DNA of 64,000 bases, from the NCBI GenBank assembly GCA_963717135.1, contig CAVQVN010000009.1, forward strand, positions 632,269-696,268, read 5' to 3'. Source of the DNA: an uncultured Actinomycetota bacterium. Its GTDB lineage: Bacteria > Actinomycetota > Acidimicrobiia > Spongiisociales > UBA4744. The translations under genes were made by a program, and so were the position numbers. Positions 1 through 9,872 of the stretch are shown here, one piece after another. The notes under the pieces are model-generated. The model had not been told where the DNA came from and did not search any database. It saw nothing but the letters and a program-made list of their open reading frames with translations. Position 1 is the stretch's first letter; the number at the start of each line of letters is the position of its first letter.

Positions 1-2
1 GC

Positions 3-137
3 TACGGGCACCTCATGGACGGCCTCGACGACCAAACCGCCGACCGTCTCGACGCCATCGCCCAATCCGTTCGTGGCCCAGGCGTGGCCCAAGCCACCCA
101 ACCGACCGACCTCCAAACGCGCAGAAACCCCCGTTGA
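3..137 (+). CDS. 3' end of an unidentified protein-coding gene (partial; C-terminus only)
   Basis: Frame 3 is open from the window edge to a TGA at 135-137 and gives a non-repetitive peptide (…LDAIAQSVRGPGVAQATQPTDLQTRRNPR*). The other frames are Arg-rich garbage. No homology recognised. Confidence 0.25.
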   Translation, partial: YGHLMDGLDDQTADRLDAIAQSVRGPGVAQATQPTDLQTRRNPR

Positions 138-151
138 GCAGGGGTCTTGCA

Positions 152-226
152 TGGTAGCCCCGACGGGATTCGAACCCGCGTTACCGGCTTGAAAGGCCGG
201 CGTCCTAGGCCGCTGGACGACGGGGC
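152..226 (-). tRNA. tRNA-Glu (anticodon UUC)
   Basis: The reverse complement folds as a canonical cloverleaf: GCCCCGT acceptor, TTCGAATCC T-loop, anticodon loop CTTTCAA, 3' CCA encoded. It is a near match to bacterial tRNA-Glu (TCGTCnAGnGGCCTAGGAC…CCTTTCA…GGTTCGAATCC). Confidence 0.9.
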
Positions 227-269
227 CAGCACCGGACGGCATGGTAGCGCAGGGTGGGCCTTCCCCGAA

Positions 270-312
270 CTTGCGTCGATGCCCGAGCCACCTCGTACCA
301 AATCGACGCAAG
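270..312. terminator. Stem-loop (11-bp stem cttgcgtcgat / atcgacgcaag, ~21-nt loop) between the gltX stop and tRNA-Glu
   Basis: Perfect inverted repeat seen directly. No U-tract, so terminator function is inferred only. It shares a GACGCAAG(A)ACGG core with the hairpin at 60428-60480. Confidence 0.4.
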
Positions 313-319
313 AACGGTT

Positions 320-1768
320 TTAGAGCCGGGCGCGGGCCGTTCGAAGCCGCTCGAGGCTCGCTTCCCGACCCAGTACCTCCAGGGTTTCGAAGAGAGGGGG
401 GCTGACCGTTGAACCGGTGACGGCCACCCGGATGGGTTGGAGCCCCTGGCGAGCATTCAATCCCAGCTCGTCGAGCATTGCCCGCAGCGTTCCTTCTATG
501 GCTTCCGCTTCCCACTCCGCAACGACGGTCAGGCGATCGAAGGCGGCGTCGAGAGCGCCGGCGGTGGTCCCGGTTTCCATGATCTTGTGCCACGACGTTT
601 CGTCGTATGCCAGGGTGGGAGCGAACGCGAAGCTCACCATCGACGGCACTTCCGTCAGCAGTTTGACCCGTTCCTGGACGAGCGGTCCCAGCGCCGCCAG
701 TTGCTCTCGTTCGGCGCCGGACAGTTCCCGACCCAGGTCGTCCTCGATGAACGGAAGCGCCCGCACGATGAATTCCGTTTGATCGAGGTCACGGATATAG
801 ATCCCATTCATCCAGGCGAGCTTCTCCGGATCGAAGACTGCGGCGTTCTTGGAGACCGCGGTCAGGTCGAATCGCTCGACCGCCTGTTCTCGGGTGAACA
901 CGGTTGTCTCGGCCTCGTACGACCAGCCGAGAAGACACATGTAATTGAACATCGCCTCGGGCAAGTAACCGCCCTCGCGATAGGCCTTCAATGACACGTC
1001 GCCATGGCGCTTGGACAGCTTGCGGCCGTCGGGACCAAAGAGCAAAGGCAGATGGGCGTAGGTGGGCGGTGTTCCCCCCATCGCCAGGGTGATGAGGATG
1101 TGCTTGGGAGTGGACGACAGCAGATCCTCACCCCGTGCCACATGAGTGATGCCGTAATCAACGTCGTCAACCGTCGAAGCAAGGTGGTAAGTGGGCGACC
1201 CGTCGGACCGTACGAGCACGAAGTCGTCGACGACCTCATGGTCGAAACGAACCTCGTCGCGGACCACGTCCTCGAAGATCGTGGCGCCGGGACGGGGGAC
1301 CGCGAGGCGGATGACGGCCGCCTCGCCTTGGTCTTTCCTTCGGGCCCTCTCGGTGGGATCGACCAACCGGCACGTACCGTCGTAACCCGGTGGCCGGCTT
1401 TGCGCCTGAGCTTGCTTGCGCCGCTCGTCCAACTCGGCGGGCGTGCAGAAGCAGTAATAGGCGTGGCCGGATTCCAGCAGTTGACCGGCCACCTCCCGGT
1501 ACCGATCGAGGCGATCGCTCTGCCGGTAGCTGCCGTGCGGGCCGCCGACTTCTACGCCTTCGTCCCAATCGAGGCCCATCCAACGCAACCCGGCCAGCAC
1601 ATCCTCCTCGTAAACCTTCTCCGATCGAGCCAGGTCGGTGTCATCGACGCGGAGAATGAAGGTGCCTCCGGTATGACGGGCATACAACCAGTTGAAGAGG
1701 GCCGCCCGGGCGTTGCCTACGTGAAGGAACCCGGTCGGTGAAGGAGCGATACGTACCCGGACGGTCAT
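320..1768 (-). CDS. gltX: Glutamate--tRNA ligase
   Basis: 482 aa. Class I aaRS motifs [19 protein letters not shown] (HIGH-type) and KLSKR (KMSKS). Typical GluRS length. The cognate tRNA-Glu is immediately downstream. Confidence 0.95.
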   Translation of the reverse strand: MTVRVRIAPSPTGFLHVGNARAALFNWLYARHTGGTFILRVDDTDLARSEKVYEEDVLAGLRWMGLDWDEGVEVGGPHGSYRQSDRLDRYREVAGQLLESGHAYYCFCTPAELDERRKQAQAQSRPPGYDGTCRLVDPTERARRKDQGEAAVIRLAVPRPGATIFEDVVRDEVRFDHEVVDDFVLVRSDGSPTYHLASTVDDVDYGITHVARGEDLLSSTPKHILITLAMGGTPPTYAHLPLLFGPDGRKLSKRHGDVSLKAYREGGYLPEAMFNYMCLLGWSYEAETTVFTREQAVERFDLTAVSKNAAVFDPEKLAWMNGIYIRDLDQTEFIVRALPFIEDDLGRELSGAEREQLAALGPLVQERVKLLTEVPSMVSFAFAPTLAYDETSWHKIMETGTTAGALDAAFDRLTVVAEWEAEAIEGTLRAMLDELGLNARQGLQPIRVAVTGSTVSPPLFETLEVLGREASLERLRTARARL

Positions 1769-2526
1769 CGTCGACCCACCGGGTTGGCCAGGACCCCAAT
1801 GCCTTCGATTTCGACCTCCATCAGGTCACCCGGCACGACCGGGCTGATACCCGAGGGAGTCCCGGTGAGCACCACATCACCCGGCAGCAGGGTCATAACC
1901 CGGGTGATGAACTCGATCAATTCCGCAATGCCGAACACCATGTCCGCCGTGGAGCCCGATTGCCGCACTTCACCGTTGACCCGACACTCGATGCTCAACC
2001 CTTCCAGTGGGTCGAGTTCAGTCTCAATGGCCGGACCGAGCGGGCAAAACGTGTCAAATCCCTTCGCGCGCGCCCATTGCCCGTCCTTGCGCTGCAAATC
2101 GCGAGCCGTCACGTCATTGCCGGCCGTATAACCGAGAATCACGCTTTGAACATCTTCCGCCTTCACGTTGTGGGCCACGGCCCCAATGACCACGGCCAGT
2201 TCAGCTTCATGTTCGACGTGCTGCGAGTCGGGGGGATAAACCACCGGCACCCCGGGACCAATAACCGAGGTAGCCGGCTTGATGAAGATGATCGGAGCGT
2301 CGGGAACCTCGTTTCCCGTCTCCTCTGCGTGGGCAACGTAGTTCCTGCCCACGGCTACGACTTTGGTTGGGAATACCGGAGCGAGCAGGCGGCCCCGCAG
2401 GAAGGGCACCACCACCTCGGTCGGTTCCCAGGCCACGAGCGGCGAACCCTGGTACACGCGGATGCCTTCGGGTTCGACCCCTCCGTAGGAGATTCCTTCC
2501 TCGGTGCGGATGCGGACGATCTTCAC
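1765..2526 (-). CDS. Fumarylacetoacetate hydrolase (FAH) family protein (2-keto-4-pentenoate hydratase / 2-hydroxyhepta-2,4-diene-1,7-dioate isomerase-like)
   Basis: 253 aa with FAH-family signatures (…[10 protein letters not shown]…, GTPSGI…). 4-nt overlap with gltX (coupled). Confidence 0.85.
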   Translation of the reverse strand: MKIVRIRTEEGISYGGVEPEGIRVYQGSPLVAWEPTEVVVPFLRGRLLAPVFPTKVVAVGRNYVAHAEETGNEVPDAPIIFIKPATSVIGPGVPVVYPPDSQHVEHEAELAVVIGAVAHNVKAEDVQSVILGYTAGNDVTARDLQRKDGQWARAKGFDTFCPLGPAIETELDPLEGLSIECRVNGEVRQSGSTADMVFGIAELIEFITRVMTLLPGDVVLTGTPSGISPVVPGDLMEVEIEGIGVLANPVGRR

Positions 2527-3071
2527 GGGTAATACTCGTCGCTATCAAAGCGGGCGATGCGAGCCCGGTGAGCTGGATCCATATGCTGGATGGTATCGGC
2601 AAAGTGATCGGCACTGATCGGAATGAAGAGAGCTCGCGCTTCGACGTAGGTGTTCCCATCGTCATCGAAGCCGACGGATTCCGCCCATAGCTTGTGCCCC
2701 TCCCGGGCGGCCAACCAGGCCTCCGCCCGCAAGGTCAAACCGAGCGGGATGGGGCGGAGATAGTTGATCTCCAACCTGGCCGTCACCGCAGGTCGCTGAT
2801 GGGCAATCATCACAAAACCCATCAGATCATCAAAGAAGGCCGCCGCCGCACCACCGTGGACCACGCCCGGGCCACCCTGAAAACGCTTGGCAAAGTCCAG
2901 CTCCCCAACGACCTTGTTTCCTTCGTAACGCGGCCGGACTCCCAATCCGTGTTCGTTTTCCGACCCGCAACCGAAGCACCACGGTAGATGCTGGATGGCC
3001 AGGTCGGCCAAGACCTCGACATCGGGCACCGGGATCACTTCTCCCGTCAAGTATCTGAGGCGATCCATCAA
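2523..3071 (-). CDS. PaaI/hotdog-fold thioesterase family protein
   Basis: 182 aa. [17 protein letters not shown] motif typical of PaaI-type thioesterases. ATGA overlaps on both sides. Confidence 0.7.
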   Translation of the reverse strand: MMDRLRYLTGEVIPVPDVEVLADLAIQHLPWCFGCGSENEHGLGVRPRYEGNKVVGELDFAKRFQGGPGVVHGGAAAAFFDDLMGFVMIAHQRPAVTARLEINYLRPIPLGLTLRAEAWLAAREGHKLWAESVGFDDDGNTYVEARALFIPISADHFADTIQHMDPAHRARIARFDSDEYYP

Positions 3072-3577
3072 GGTGCCGCGGTCAGACCGGCCACATTCAG
3101 GAGGTGACGAACCCGTTCGGGGTCGGCGCTCAAGAGGTCCGGTGAGAGCTGCGACAGAAACGATTCGCCCTTGACTCGCTCACGAGCAGCAGCGGCCAGC
3201 CACTCGTGTCGAGCCGTACTGAGTTGCGTGACGACGTCATCGGGAACACCTTCCGGGCGTAGACCGAGCAGGATGAGAGCTACCTCCACGTCGGCGGGAG
3301 CGGGTCCGCGACCGCTGAGGGCAGCCCGAGCCGCGGCAACTGAGGCCACCACCGCATCGACACCTCTATCCGATCGATCGAATTCCGTGGCGCCGACGAG
3401 CCGCAACACCCACCCGGTGTCGGGCCCGGGACGGCCGAAAGCGCCTCCCGCCACCGCCTCGGCCGGTGTGGTGATCTCGCCGGGCCGCCCCCCGGCTCCC
3501 CGCCGGGCGGCTCCCGGTTCGAGCACGGAACGTGGCAGGTCGCTCGCGTCTAGTTCGATGTTTGGTTGCTGGCCCAC
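3068..3577 (-). CDS. Hypothetical protein (Ala/Arg-rich, no recognised domain)
   Basis: 169 aa ORF translationally coupled (4-nt overlap) to the downstream thioesterase gene and 10 nt after the ilvE stop. Coding status is inferred from operon context only. Confidence 0.45.
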   Translation of the reverse strand: MGQQPNIELDASDLPRSVLEPGAARRGAGGRPGEITTPAEAVAGGAFGRPGPDTGWVLRLVGATEFDRSDRGVDAVVASVAAARAALSGRGPAPADVEVALILLGLRPEGVPDDVVTQLSTARHEWLAAAARERVKGESFLSQLSPDLLSADPERVRHLLNVAGLTAAP

Positions 3578-3589
3578 TGGCGGTTCCTT

Positions 3590-4504
3590 CTATACGTAGT
3601 CGAGCCAGTGTCGGTACGACTCGAGCCGTCCGGTCACCGCCTTCTGGAACAGATCTTGCGCTTGACGGGTGACCGGTCCCGGCCGGCCGTCACCCACGGG
3701 ACGATCATCGACCTCGCGGACGGGGGTGACCTCGGCGGCGGTGCCCGTGAAGAAGATCTCGTCGGCGTAGTAGAGATCTGATCGGGTGAGGTTGGCCTCT
3801 TGCACGTCTTGTCCGGCGTCCTTGAGCAAGGTCATCACCGAGTCGCGGGTGAGACCCTCGAGGATGCCCGCCGTGACGGGAGGCGTCGTCACCCGGCCTT
3901 GTTTCACCACAAAGATGTTCTCGCCGCTTCCTTCCGACACGAAACCCGCGTTGTTGAGCAGAATCGCCTCGTCGTAGTTGTTCCTGACTGCTTCCTGCTT
4001 GGCGAGGATCGAATTGAGGTAGCCGCCCGTGCCTTTGGCGTTAGGAATGAACATGCCCTGGTCGATCCGACGCCAGGAAGACACGTGAGTGCGGATCCCG
4101 TTCTTCAGTCCCTCTTCGCCAAGGTAGGCGCCCCACCGCCAGGCGGCAATGATCACCCGCACCTCGGCCCCGGCCGGGTTGAGTCCGATAGAGCCAAGGC
4201 CGTAGAACGCCAACGGGCGTAAATAGCCGGACTCCAGCTCATTTTCGGCCAGCAATTGCCGGCCGGCCTTGACCAACTCATCAACGCCGACCCGGAGCGG
4301 GATACCGTACGCCTTGGCTGATCGATGGAGACGCTCCATGTGCTCGGTCAGCCTGAAAACCGCAGTGCCGGTGGGAGTCTCGTAGGCGCGAATGCCTTCG
4401 AATACACCGGCTCCATAGTGAAGGCCGTGGGACAGAACATGAACCGTCGCCTCATCCCACGGCACCAACTCGCCGTCTACCCAGATAACTCGAGAAGCTT
4501 CCAT
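3590..4504 (-). CDS. ilvE: Branched-chain amino acid aminotransferase
   Basis: 304 aa, PLP fold type IV. Conserved blocks (GAGVFEGIRAY, YLRPLAFYG, EGSGENIFVVK, TGTAAEVTPV). Confidence 0.9.
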   Translation of the reverse strand: MEASRVIWVDGELVPWDEATVHVLSHGLHYGAGVFEGIRAYETPTGTAVFRLTEHMERLHRSAKAYGIPLRVGVDELVKAGRQLLAENELESGYLRPLAFYGLGSIGLNPAGAEVRVIIAAWRWGAYLGEEGLKNGIRTHVSSWRRIDQGMFIPNAKGTGGYLNSILAKQEAVRNNYDEAILLNNAGFVSEGSGENIFVVKQGRVTTPPVTAGILEGLTRDSVMTLLKDAGQDVQEANLTRSDLYYADEIFFTGTAAEVTPVREVDDRPVGDGRPGPVTRQAQDLFQKAVTGRLESYRHWLDYV

Positions 4505-4509
4505 GATCC

Positions 4510-6519
4510 CTAGTTTGGCAGGTTGACCGGCTCAGTGGGAAGAACGCCGAGATACCGCTGGTGCCAATCGAGCACGGCTTCGAAGCGCTCCAAACGGTGC
4601 CGGGGTTTGCCCCCGCGGGAGAGCTCGTGCCCCTCCCCCGGGAATCGCAGAAACTCGGCGTCCACACCTTGTCTTTTTAGCATCATGAAGAGCTGTTCGG
4701 CCTGCTCGATCGGGCATCGGAAGTCGTTCTCGGAGTGAATGATGAGCGTCGGAGTGGTGATCTGATGGGCCCGCGAGAGAGGGCTGGCCTCCCAGAGCCG
4801 GTCAAATCCGTCCGGGAGATCGGCATCCAGGTACATGCGGCCGAAGGTCGCACCGATGTCTGAGGTCCCCCCAAATGACGGCCAGCCCAGCAGAGCTCGC
4901 TCCACTACTGCCGATCGGTAGCGGTCCTGACCGGCGATCAACCAGGCGGTCAGAAACCCACCGTACGAACCGCCCATTACCCCGATCCGATCCCGGTCGA
5001 GACGCGGCACTCGGGCCAGGGCAGCATCGAGGACCGCCGTCACGTCTGCTTCATCAACCGTCCCCCATCCGGCGCCACGCACCGCCCGAACGAAGTCCAC
5101 CCCTCGACCGCTTGCCCCCCGGGGATTACAGGCCACGACTCCATACCCGGCCGCCGCATAGACCTGGAATTCATCGAAGAACGTGTAGCCGTACTGGGTG
5201 GCCGGACCACCGTGGATGTTGAGCAGCACAGGGATGGTTTGCTCCCCTTCGGGAAGGTAGACCCATGCATCGATGGCCTCGTTGCCGGAAATCACCGTGA
5301 AGTGTTCCGGCTGAACCAGAGACACTTCCGACCGGAATGCCTCATTGAGGCTCGTCCTGAAGAGCGCCTCTCCCCCATCGGAGATGTGCAGTTCGCCCGG
5401 GTCCGTGGGGGCGACCGCCACGTAGGCCAGGCGATTCCCGTCCCGGCTCGGACTCACCCCGGTGATGACCCGGTCACCATCGAGTAGCAAATCAACAGTG
5501 CCATCCGACTCGACGCGAACCACTTTGACCCGCCCGGCGTCTTCCAGGCAGGTGATCGCCGCCTCACCGACCCATTGGGGTCCTTCGGGAGCGATGGCAG
5601 GTGAAAACGTGGTCACACTCCGGTCCAGATGACCCGTCAGATCGGTCAGCTCACCGGACTTTTCCACTCTCCAAAGCGAGAAGATTCCCGGGTGAGCCCA
5701 GGGGTCGGGTTGACCGACCGCATGCAGGACCCCGTCCGGCCGGAATGAGGTCAACATCCAATTGCCTCTCTCCACCAGCGTGCGTTGCTCGCCAGAATCC
5801 AACCGGACTTCGAGGATCTCCTGACCGGGTTCCATGCCCCGCCGTTCGTGACGGGCGCTGAGAAACGCCACGCCCTTTCCGTCGGGACGCCACACCGGTT
5901 GAGCCTCGTCAAAGGCGCCCGGAGTGAGACAGCGGGTCCCTTCACTGCTCGATGGGTCGATCAAATACAGATGACGACGGCGGTCGTGAAGCCATCCCCG
6001 GTTGTCGAATCGAAACGGAACGCGGTCGATCCGGCGGGGCCGCCGCTTCCGCTCCTCGTCGTCGAGACCAGCCCACTCCTCAACCCAATCCACGCCGACC
6101 ACCACCAGCAGATCTCCGGTGGGCGACCATTCGAGTGCCTCGACCCCCAGAGGAAGACTGGACACCACCTGAGCCTCGCCACTCCCGGCCGGCATGATGG
6201 CCACTTGCGGTTTGTCTTCGTCCCCTGCACCTTTGCGAAGGAAGGCCAGTCTGGTTCCGTCGGGCGACCAGCGCGGCGAGGAATCATCCGATCCGTGGGT
6301 GAAGCGGCGGGTAGTGTCCCCCTCCCACAGCCAGATAGCCCGGTCGTATCGATCATCGTCAAAATTGATCCGCGACACGACAAACGCGACTTTGCTGCCG
6401 TCGGGGTGAAGGCGGGGATCGGACGGGGTGGCCGCGCCGGCTAGCTCTCGTGGTTGCACAAACGTCTCCTGTCGGCGATATCCGCAATGTAGTGGCTCGT
6501 CTGGGTCTCCCGTCCGCAC
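4510..6519 (-). CDS. S9-family serine peptidase (prolyl oligopeptidase / acylaminoacyl peptidase-like, β-propeller + α/β-hydrolase)
   Basis: 669 aa. The C-terminal domain carries the GGSYGG nucleophile elbow, and Asp/His are later in the sequence. The N-terminus has WSPDG repeats. The true start may be an internal GTG/ATG, because the first ~20 aa look non-native. Confidence 0.85.
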   Translation of the reverse strand: MRTGDPDEPLHCGYRRQETFVQPRELAGAATPSDPRLHPDGSKVAFVVSRINFDDDRYDRAIWLWEGDTTRRFTHGSDDSSPRWSPDGTRLAFLRKGAGDEDKPQVAIMPAGSGEAQVVSSLPLGVEALEWSPTGDLLVVVGVDWVEEWAGLDDEERKRRPRRIDRVPFRFDNRGWLHDRRRHLYLIDPSSSEGTRCLTPGAFDEAQPVWRPDGKGVAFLSARHERRGMEPGQEILEVRLDSGEQRTLVERGNWMLTSFRPDGVLHAVGQPDPWAHPGIFSLWRVEKSGELTDLTGHLDRSVTTFSPAIAPEGPQWVGEAAITCLEDAGRVKVVRVESDGTVDLLLDGDRVITGVSPSRDGNRLAYVAVAPTDPGELHISDGGEALFRTSLNEAFRSEVSLVQPEHFTVISGNEAIDAWVYLPEGEQTIPVLLNIHGGPATQYGYTFFDEFQVYAAAGYGVVACNPRGASGRGVDFVRAVRGAGWGTVDEADVTAVLDAALARVPRLDRDRIGVMGGSYGGFLTAWLIAGQDRYRSAVVERALLGWPSFGGTSDIGATFGRMYLDADLPDGFDRLWEASPLSRAHQITTPTLIIHSENDFRCPIEQAEQLFMMLKRQGVDAEFLRFPGEGHELSRGGKPRHRLERFEAVLDWHQRYLGVLPTEPVNLPN

Positions 6520-6554
6520 CTCGGGTGCGGGAGACTTGGTACTACCCTCGCCGC

Positions 6555-7004
6555 GTGGACCGTCTTGTTGCGTCGTGGTTTGGCACCGGATTGCTGCTCG
6601 GGAAGATCCGCGGGTCCGATGCCGGATCGGGCACCGTTGCTGCCGCCTTTGCCCTGGCTCCCGCCCTGGCTCTCGGGTTGATCGGATGGTGGGCGCAGTT
6701 GGCTGCCATGGTCGTAGTTACCGGCGCCTCGCTGTGGTCGGCCCGTCGATTCGCTCACGGTGACGCCGATCCCGGGTGGGTAGTGGTAGACGAGGCAGCC
6801 GGCACGTTCCTGGCCGTGGTCGGCTTGGGCGGATGGGGTGCGGCGGTGGCGTTCGTGGTTTTCCGCATCGCCGACATCTCAAAGAAGTTCCCGGGCGTGG
6901 CGGCCGCCGAACGGCTGAAGGGGGCGGTCGGCATCACCGCCGACGACCTGGTCGCCGGCCTCTGGGCCCTGGCGGCGGGCTGGTTGGTTCAGGTGCTGAT
7001 ATAG
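6555..7004 (+). CDS. Phosphatidylglycerophosphatase A family protein
   Basis: PgpA-like blocks (WFGTG…GSGT; DEAAG; FRIADISKKFP; ADDLVAG). The listed ORF starts at 6450 but overlaps the peptidase gene, so a GTG at 6555 is the proposed start (uncertain). Confidence 0.65.
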   Translation: MDRLVASWFGTGLLLGKIRGSDAGSGTVAAAFALAPALALGLIGWWAQLAAMVVVTGASLWSARRFAHGDADPGWVVVDEAAGTFLAVVGLGGWGAAVAFVVFRIADISKKFPGVAAAERLKGAVGITADDLVAGLWALAAGWLVQVLI

Positions 7005-7072
7005 AGGTTTCAGGTTTCAAGTTTCAGGTCAAGCATCACGCGCGGTGCTGACAGCTGACAGCTGAAGGCTGA
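7005..7072. repeat. Short tandem repeat tract (ggtttcag/gtttcaag/tttcaggt then gctgaca/gctgaca/gctgaag/gctga) flanking an imperfect hairpin; convergent intergenic
   Basis: Seen directly. Lies between the pgpA-like stop (7004) and the ACT-domain gene stop (7075). Confidence 0.5.
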
Positions 7073-7074
7073 TC

Positions 7075-7299
7075 TCACACCAGCGGCAGTTGAATGAACT
7101 GGGCTTCTTCGACCCCCTCCAACCTGCGAAGCGCCTCGACGACCTCCGGGGCAAGCGGCTGGTCGATGTCGATCCCCATCAGGGCCGCCTCTCCGGTGAC
7201 CGCGGATCTCCCCACCACCATGTTGGCGATGTTGACGTCCAGTTCACCCAGGAAGGTGCCCACCCGTAACATGCCTGGCAAAGCTGATGGGCCCTGCAC
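7075..7299 (-). CDS. Stand-alone ACT domain protein resembling the C-terminal regulatory domain of D-3-phosphoglycerate dehydrogenase (possible serA 3' remnant)
   Basis: 74 aa. LPGMLRVGTFLGE…NIANMVVGR…GEAALMGIDIDQPL…EVVEALRRLEGV matches the SerA-type ACT domain. Only ~90 nt separate it from the divergent uspA-like gene, so no catalytic domain can be encoded upstream. Confidence 0.5.
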   Translation of the reverse strand: MQGPSALPGMLRVGTFLGELDVNIANMVVGRSAVTGEAALMGIDIDQPLAPEVVEALRRLEGVEEAQFIQLPLV

Positions 7300-7392
7300 C
7301 CGGCGAGGTGGTTCCGATCCCCGCTACCAATGCTCTCTCACCGGCGGCCGGCAACGCATAGAGTGGGTAGCGAGACGCCGAGGAGGAGCACC

Positions 7393-7842
7393 ATGGAATG
7401 GCCGGGTTGGTCACCAAACGTCGTGGTCGCCGCCACCGACGGATCGGAAGGAAGTGTGCGAGCTGCCCATGTGGCGGCCAGTATTGCCCAGAAGAACGCG
7501 TCCAAGCTCTATGTGATCACCGTCGTCCGTCCCCCGGAGGGTTGGTGGGGCATCGGGGGGGCTCCCCCGACGGCTACGGCTCTCGCCAAGGCGCTCGACG
7601 AGGCGCAACACGGGGTGCTCGATCTGACGATCGAGGACCTCGACACCGAGGGGATCGAGGTGCAGACCGTCGAGGAACTCGGGGACCCGGCCGCCACGAT
7701 CATCAGTTTTTGTGCGGAGGTCGAAGCCGACCTGCTGGTGGTCGGCCGGCGGGGGGCCGGACTCATCGAACGGTTCGTCATGGGATCGGTCTCAGATCGT
7801 CTCGCTCACTACGCCCACTGTCCGGTGCTGATGGTCCCGTAG
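7393..7842 (+). CDS. Universal stress protein (UspA family)
   Basis: 149 aa. Usp hallmarks (VVVAATDGSEGS…, …LLVVGRRGAGLIERFVMGSVSDRLAHYAHCPVLMV). GAGGAGGAG RBS 6 nt upstream of ATG 7393. Confidence 0.85.
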   Translation: MEWPGWSPNVVVAATDGSEGSVRAAHVAASIAQKNASKLYVITVVRPPEGWWGIGGAPPTATALAKALDEAQHGVLDLTIEDLDTEGIEVQTVEELGDPAATIISFCAEVEADLLVVGRRGAGLIERFVMGSVSDRLAHYAHCPVLMVP

Positions 7843-7850
7843 ATCGCTTG

Positions 7851-7875
7851 CCTCCGGCAAGGACGTTCCCGGAGG
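7851..7875. terminator. Hairpin (cctccgg-N11-ccggagg) between the convergent usp-like and MFS genes
   Basis: 7-bp perfect inverted repeat seen directly. Terminator role inferred. Confidence 0.4.
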
Positions 7876-7901
7876 TGCCCCGGACCAAGCGTGGAGATCG
7901 T

Positions 7902-9101
7902 CTAGGTCGGGATCTCCCTGACGGTGGCAGGATTTGGCCGGCTCCCGTGTGGGCGGTGGCTCAGCCGCCAGCCGACCGTGTACAGGACCACGCTCACTCC
8001 GGATAGGAACGTGAACCAGGTCGCCCGGCCCAGGTTCTCGTATGCCCAACCGGTTGGAAAGGCCGAGGCCGCGGCAGCCAGGAAACCTACGGCCTCGAGG
8101 AGACCTTGGCCCCGGGCGATCATGTCAGGGGGACTCCCTTCCGCCACCAGCGCCGCCGCCGCCGGACTGATGGCAGAACTCCCGATGGCGTGGAGAATGC
8201 CGGCCGCACCGAGGGCGACGGGCAGGCTCAACCATCCATACGCCAGCACTGCGGGCGCTACGGCCAGTATCCCGAACGTGGCGACCAAGCGTGACGACTT
8301 CCTATCGACGAGGCGACCGAACCTGACCGAGAGGAGCACCAAAGGTAGTGCCATCAAAGTGAATGAGCCTCCAATGAAGACCGTGGATGCGCCCTGGTCG
8401 GTCAGCAGCCTGGCCCAGACTGCGTCAAACGACCCCAGTGTGGCGAACTCGATGGCGGCGAACACCACTCCCGCACGCACCAGCCGGTTGCCGAACAAGC
8501 TGACGAAGCTGCGCTCCTCGACAATCGGAATCGGTTCTGGTGCCCGCAGCCGCATCACCACCGGAACGGCGAGCAGGAGGATTGCCGCCGGAACCAGAAA
8601 CGGGACTCGCAACCCGAAACGGTCGGCGAGCAGGGCACCAACCACCGGCCCCAGGGCGAAGCCCGCCACCGAGGCTGCCAGGATCCTCCCGAGTACTTCC
8701 CCGGGACGCCCCGGCGACCAATCCAATACGACTCGTCGAGCCGCCGGAACGAAAGCGCCTTCAGCGAAACCCAGCATCGCCCTGGCGAACACGAGCGTCC
8801 ACAGTCCGCGCGCATAGGCGGCCATGACCAACGCCAGTGCTCCCACCAGGGTCCCAACTATCAACATGGATTTTGCATAGCCTCGATCGGCGTAGCGGGA
8901 CAACCAGACGTACCCGATGAACGCAGTCACGAATGCGGCTCCCGCCACCAGACCGAGCCCGGCCGTCGGCAGGTCGTATTCCTCCTGAAGATCGGCGAGC
9001 AGGGCGATGATGACGCCCAACCCGATGGTGTTGGCGGCGACGGCCAGATGCAGAATTATCTGATCGGTGCGGCGTGGTTTGGTGCTCAAATCGGCTGCCA
9101 C
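7902..9101 (-). CDS. MFS transporter
   Basis: 399 aa, ~12 predicted TM segments. MFS-type loop motif (LADRFGLR). CTAT-N6-ATAG box 42 bp upstream. Confidence 0.85.
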   Translation of the reverse strand: MAADLSTKPRRTDQIILHLAVAANTIGLGVIIALLADLQEEYDLPTAGLGLVAGAAFVTAFIGYVWLSRYADRGYAKSMLIVGTLVGALALVMAAYARGLWTLVFARAMLGFAEGAFVPAARRVVLDWSPGRPGEVLGRILAASVAGFALGPVVGALLADRFGLRVPFLVPAAILLLAVPVVMRLRAPEPIPIVEERSFVSLFGNRLVRAGVVFAAIEFATLGSFDAVWARLLTDQGASTVFIGGSFTLMALPLVLLSVRFGRLVDRKSSRLVATFGILAVAPAVLAYGWLSLPVALGAAGILHAIGSSAISPAAAALVAEGSPPDMIARGQGLLEAVGFLAAAASAFPTGWAYENLGRATWFTFLSGVSVVLYTVGWRLSHRPHGSRPNPATVREIPT

Positions 9102-9142
9102 TCTGATTCTTTGAAGTTTGGAAGAGATCTCCCGCCCGGAAC

Positions 9143-9158
9143 CCTATCACCTGATAGG
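9143..9158. promoter_or_regulatory. AmtR-box-like palindrome CCTATC-ACCT-GATAGG (copy 5) in divergent MFS / isochorismatase promoter region
   Basis: Perfect 6+6 inverted repeat with 4-nt spacer, extended to ccCTATCAccTGATAGgg. One of five copies in the window. Confidence 0.6.
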
Positions 9159-9191
9159 GTTTGGTTCGGACCCCAAGCCTCGGAGACGGAC

Positions 9192-9833
9192 ATGAACGTA
9201 CCAAGGGTTTTTCCTTCGACGATCGGCATTCTGGTGATCGACGTGCAACCGGCTTTCGTCGACCTGGCCTTTCCAGGAGGAGGACCACGACTCGACGCGC
9301 TAATGCTCCGCCTCGAGCACCTGTTGATGCTGGCCGACTGGTTGGACCTGCCCACAATTGCGACCTTCGAGACCCCCACCTCCGAAAACGGCGAGCTACC
9401 CGACCGGTTGGATAGGGTGTTTCCCACCACCGGCAGGAAGTACGTCAAGAACTTCTTCGGCAGCCTCTCCGAAACGGTCATCGAGGCGGCAGTCAGACAG
9501 GTCGACGTTCGCCAGTGGGCCGTGGCCGGAGCCGAAACAGATGTCTGCGTGCTGCAGTCGACGCTCGGGTTACTCGAGGCCGGGTACCAGGTGTTCCTTC
9601 TCGAAGACTGTTTGTTCACCACCGAACCTCATCCCGGCCCTGCCATGCGCCGCATGTATCAAGCAGGGGCGGTCTCGACCACTTTGAAGACGATGGCCTA
9701 CGAATTGGTACAGCGTGCCGACCAGATTCCCTGGTATCCGGAGTATTGGGCACCGACCTACCAGCCGGAGAAACCGTTTCCGACCGAGTTCATCGCCCCG
9801 GAGGACTGGCCGGCTTGGGAACCGGGCTTCTGA
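9192..9833 (+). CDS. Isochorismatase-family cysteine hydrolase
   Basis: 213 aa. LVIDVQ…F and AGAETDVCVLQST motifs. ATG 9192. Confidence 0.85.
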   Translation: MNVPRVFPSTIGILVIDVQPAFVDLAFPGGGPRLDALMLRLEHLLMLADWLDLPTIATFETPTSENGELPDRLDRVFPTTGRKYVKNFFGSLSETVIEAAVRQVDVRQWAVAGAETDVCVLQSTLGLLEAGYQVFLLEDCLFTTEPHPGPAMRRMYQAGAVSTTLKTMAYELVQRADQIPWYPEYWAPTYQPEKPFPTEFIAPEDWPAWEPGF

Positions 9834-9872
9834 TCGATTGTCGAACACTCGCACACTGAAGCCGGATTCACG

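Noticed and set aside
230-300. Second tRNA downstream of tRNA-Glu (sequence tggtagcgcagggtgggcc resembles a CCA-tailed acceptor/T-arm)
   Set aside because: No complementary 5' acceptor strand and no D- or anticodon arm can be formed. The region is instead a simple 11-bp hairpin.
2-301. Listed minus-strand ORF (99 aa) at the window start
   Set aside because: It runs straight through the tRNA-Glu gene and a stem-loop. The translation is Arg/Pro-rich with no domain. Spurious.
437-1741. Plus-strand ORFs 437-994 and 1004-1741 (185 and 245 aa)
   Set aside because: Antisense to the well-supported gltX gene. High-GC genomes give long spurious antisense ORFs, and no domain was recognised.
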